From Planctomycetota bacterium (GTDB taxonomy: Bacteria > Planctomycetota > Planctomycetia > JALXBF01), in assembly GCA_026991575.1 (NCBI GenBank), contig JALXBF010000173.1:1-36334 (forward strand): a stretch of DNA of 36,334 bases, written 5' to 3'. This document shows positions 33,058 to 36,334 of this stretch, piece after piece. The translations under genes and the position numbers were made by a program. Position 1 is the stretch's first letter. Every line of letters begins with the position of its first letter. The notes under the pieces are model-generated. The model was not told where the DNA came from and did no database searches. It was given only the letters and a program-made list of their open reading frames with translations.

Positions 33058-33576
33058 CTAGTGGCGAGGCAGCGGATGGCTGTTTGGGGATCTCGTGTGC
33101 AGTCCGACGCCCAAGGCGCAGTCGTCTGCCTGCTCTGCGGTGTCAGGCCCCGCAGGAGCCTGTGCCTCCAGCGACGACAGCAGCACAGCCTCAAACTGTT
33201 CGCCGAAATCTCTGCGCCATGTGCCCCAGTACAGCGTGCCGTGATGAAACTCGTACCGCATCCACTCGCCCGACTTGAGCGTGATATCGAGTTCGATCGG
33301 GGGACAGCCGCATTCCCATCGGGCGTAGTAAGGCCGAGAGCGCTGGGGCAGGGCATCTGCGATCCTGCGAATGGTCGGCGGGTCGTCGATTCTCACACTC
33401 CGGCCCCAATAGCTAATCCGCACATAGGAAGCGGAGCCGAGCGCATGCCGAATCTCTTGGGCCGTTGGCGGGCCCCAGCGCAAGCCTGAACTGCAGCCAC
33501 CGCTCGCGGCAACCCAGAGCAGAGCAAGGTATGCCCACCACCGTCTTGAGGCAGCATCACCCATCCGCCGCTGCAT
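33058..33576 (-). CDS. Hypothetical lipoprotein
   Basis: Basic N-terminus, hydrophobic stretch, then SGG-C lipobox-like motif; GAAGG upstream. Confidence 0.55.
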   Translation of the reverse strand: MQRRMGDAASRRWWAYLALLWVAASGGCSSGLRWGPPTAQEIRHALGSASYVRISYWGRSVRIDDPPTIRRIADALPQRSRPYYARWECGCPPIELDITLKSGEWMRYEFHHGTLYWGTWRRDFGEQFEAVLLSSLEAQAPAGPDTAEQADDCALGVGLHTRSPNSHPLPRH

Positions 33577-33609
33577 GCCTAATTATCGTCACCTTCCTTC
33601 GGTGCCATG

Positions 33610-34540
33610 GAGTCTGTCCGAAACATGCCGGGCGAATAGAATCCCCTGCGTCGGGGGGCTGTGGTTAGCCAAACAGACCCCGAACCCAGGGAGGCATCGC
33701 ATGGACGCACGCTATCGCCGTCCGCAACCAATTGTAGCCTTGATGAAGGCGAGCGTTGATGAAGGTAATTGTGGAGTCTCTGGGCGTTGGGCCGCGTTCC
33801 AGCCCGGGTCGGCGTGGTCGGCCAGCCACATCGCTGAGGCGGATCTGCAACTCGGTTTGGTATCGGATCCGTGCGGGCTGCCCGTGGAAAGCCATCCCGG
33901 CCACCGACGAGCTGGCCAACGGGAGCACCGCACACGAGTGGTTCAAGCGGTGGACGGAGGCTGGGGTGTTCGCACCGTTGCACCTGGTGCTGGTGGCATT
34001 GTACGTGGAGGACGGTCGGGCGCGGCTGCGTCGACTTGGAATCGACTGTACTCTGGTGCCGGCGCCGTTGGGATGCGAGGGCAGCGGGCCGAATCCGGCA
34101 GACCGTGGGAAGGAGGGAATAAAGGTGTCGGTAGTGGTGGACGAGGCGGGTGTGCCGCTGGCGGTGCATGTGGCTGGGCGAACATCCCGGAGTTCAAGCT
34201 GTTAGGCGAGACGTTGGCGGAGCTGGCTGGTCCGGTGTTGGAGGGGTTGGCCAAGGGCAAGATCCAACCGGAGCTCGTCGCAGACAAGGGTTACGACTAC
34301 AGTCAGGCCCGTGAGCAAGCAGCTGAGTACGGCTTCATGCCGCGGTTCGCCAAGCGGCGTGCCTCCTACAGGCGAGCGCCGAAGAAGGTGCATCGGGTCC
34401 GAGCCAACACAGAACGAGTGGCAGCCTGGCTGAAGTCGTTCCGGGGCGTACGCCTATGCTGGGCCCGTAAGCGGTGCTGCTATCTAGCCGCTGTCGCTCT
34501 CCCCACAGGGCACTATACCCTACTCATGACCGGAGCTTTC
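33610..34540 (+). mobile_element. IS5-family element, transposase pseudogene
   Basis: GRP..LRRICNSVWYRIRAGCPWKAIP, STAHEWFKRW..AGVF, GIDCT, GPNPADRGK.G.K, ADKGYD and RANTER..AWLKSFR. ATG at 33701; frameshifts near 33750 and 34178; right end not recognisable. Confidence 0.88.
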
Positions 34541-35186
34541 CTCGACGTGGCGCTGTCCGAGCTAGGCGGTACACCCTGGCTGCGGCGTGACCGGCCAGAG
34601 CCATGTGAACACCCAGTAGGTGCAAAACCAACATGGCCAACGTGCCCACGTACACGGCCGTGCAGACCCGAGCCCAAGCGGGAGCCTTCGTCTGAGCCAG
34701 TGCCAAGCTCCGGGCTAGCAACTCCAGGGCAGCAGTGCATCCCACGAGAAAGCCGGCCCGGAAAGCACCGGTAGGGCCGATTCGTAACAACCATGTCCCC
34801 ACAAGAAGCGACGCAAACAGAACGCCGAACACGACCCAGGGGTCCAGCGAGGACACGTGATGCGGCGGATAAACCGCGTAATCGTCCTCGCCCGCTAGCC
34901 GAAAGAGAGCGAGCCGGAGTAACCGTTCCCCAGGTCCAACTGCTAGCATCATTAACAGAGCGATCCTAACGCCAGATCGGAAGGCTTCGCGCCGTGAAAG
35001 ACGCGGCGGTGATTTGGTAAACAGCAGGCTCACGATCCCGGGCCCGATGAGAAAGTCCACCCCCCAACCCAGAAGCCGCCCAGACACGATGCTGTAAGTA
35101 ACGATAAGTAGGGACCACAGGAAGATATCGCAGGCATTGGTAAGGATACTAGGTCGTTGGTCCCTACGACCGGCGTGTGAAGACAT
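34524..35186 (-). CDS. Hypothetical multi-pass membrane protein
   Basis: GGAGG SD, 220 aa, about 6 hydrophobic segments; 3' end abuts the IS5 relic. Confidence 0.65.
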   Translation of the reverse strand: MSSHAGRRDQRPSILTNACDIFLWSLLIVTYSIVSGRLLGWGVDFLIGPGIVSLLFTKSPPRLSRREAFRSGVRIALLMMLAVGPGERLLRLALFRLAGEDDYAVYPPHHVSSLDPWVVFGVLFASLLVGTWLLRIGPTGAFRAGFLVGCTAALELLARSLALAQTKAPAWARVCTAVYVGTLAMLVLHLLGVHMALAGHAAARVYRLARTAPRRGKLRS

Positions 35187-35229
35187 CTGCAGACCTCCGC
35201 GTCACCGCCCGACCAACGGCGGCACTGCC

Positions 35230-36155
35230 CAGACCACACGGTGGCTAAATAGCAGTGCCATCGGGATTAACGCCAGGCTTTCTTGCTGACGCCATCCGAC
35301 CATCCCGAGACCTTCTTCTTCATAGTAACCCACCAGCCCCGGATCGCCCGCGGCCAGGGTCACCGGTGGCCGCACCGGCCATCAAGTGGAACAAGTGGAA
35401 ATCGAAGTCGGCAACTGCTAGCACGACGACGACAGCGGGACCGCCTGCAGCGCGGTCGCACGAACAGAGTCTGCACTCGCAAGGCCAACTGCTATGAGCC
35501 CACTCAGCGTCCCGAGCACCCCGGCAAGAAGAGTGTCCTTCGTGAAATCGTCCCATCCGATCGGGTCACCTGTTGCCTCTCTTTCGGCTAGTTCCTCACC
35601 GCCAGTCCACACGAAACCTGCAATGGCTGCTGCCCCTGCAAAGTTTGGGCTGGGGTTTCGCGGAAATGTCCCAACGGAATCGGACAATGTGACGGGTGGC
35701 GTTTTCCACGTGCCCGTAACGTAAGGCTTTCTGGGTCACTTGCAGCTGGCTCGCGAATAAGAACAGACGGAGATCCGGCTCAAGGAAGTAGGCACGCACG
35801 TACTAGGCAGCCTGGTGGGCCGCCTCCGCTCTAGGGGCAAAGCCGAAGCGTGAGTGGCCGCTCCCACCCCGTAGAGACAGGCCGAAGCGTGCATAGGCCT
35901 AGGTCTCGGGAATACTGCCATCCCGATCGACCCACCCTCGCACGCTGACGCGGTAGCCGGTGGGGTCGAAGGTGATCTCGCCAAAGGTGTGCTCGCGCAT
36001 AATGAGCGAGTCGATCGCAGCGGCGTCGAGGCGGCGCCCGGTGAGCTGTGGGGCGATGCCGCCGAAAGTGTCCACAGCCGTGAAATCGGTAATCGGATTG
36101 GCCGCGAAGATGGCGCTCGCGTAAACGCCGCCCACTTGCGGGGCCAGCCCGCCCT
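35230..36155 (-). pseudogene. Interrupted coding remnant, possibly a toxin C-terminal region
   Basis: Protein-like pieces in several frames broken by TAG stops, including Gly/Ala-rich hydrophobic helices (FAGAAAIAGFVW, LLAGVLGTLSGLIAVGLA), directly upstream of a membrane-protein gene. Confidence 0.3.
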
Positions 36156-36334
36156 GGACAACCTGCTCCGCCGCCCAGCGCTTCATGCAGCGATTCACCC
36201 ACCACTGCGGTGTACGACCCCTACCACGCGCCGCCGGAGAAACCAGCACATACAGCGGATCACGACCAGGCAACAACGCCACCACGCACAGACACTCGTA
36301 CCCCTCTAGCCCAGGCAGCCTCACCCGAAAGCCT
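36156..36334 (-). pseudogene. Possible DDE transposase fragment
   Basis: VRLPG..VVALLPGRDPLYVLVS...WVNRCMKRWAAEQ resembles the (Y)xxRWxxE motif region of IS4-superfamily enzymes; cut by the window edge. Confidence 0.3.

Noticed and set aside
33575..34774. 399-aa plus-strand ORF as an intact gene
   Set aside because: Only its start region and the part after about 34178 are transposase-like; it is one frame of a frameshifted IS5 pseudogene.

Overview
GC-rich bacterial DNA, very probably from a planctomycete (DUF1501 + DUF1549/DUF1553 cytochrome-c pair, FlgI/HEAT protein next to smc). Bases 1-19.7 kb are core-like: DUF1501, PSD1-type protein, an alpha/beta hydrolase transcribed divergently from a membrane-bound sigma-54 activator (with a visible -24/-12 promoter and twin palindromic enhancer candidates), a CDF metal exporter, thiC, a Zn-finger membrane protein, smc and an FlgI-like gene. 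From about 19.75 kb to the end is a decayed accessory island. It holds IS5 and ISAs1 relics, a degenerate tRNA-Pro, two tandem paralogous exported proteins, RHS fragments with an orphan toxin tip and an SMI1/KNR4-type immunity gene, two tandem Rpn (PD-(D/E)XK) cassettes, and an ORF-less group II intron (minus strand, 27635-28560) that the ORF track does not show. Both Rpn cassettes carry a palindromic sigma-54-type promoter, an 18-bp palindrome at identical spacing, a hairpin over the start region and an internal SD+ATG. Three more copies resembling the intron's 5' end occur in the island, two of them heading the Rpn cassettes. All calls were made by eye without database searches.
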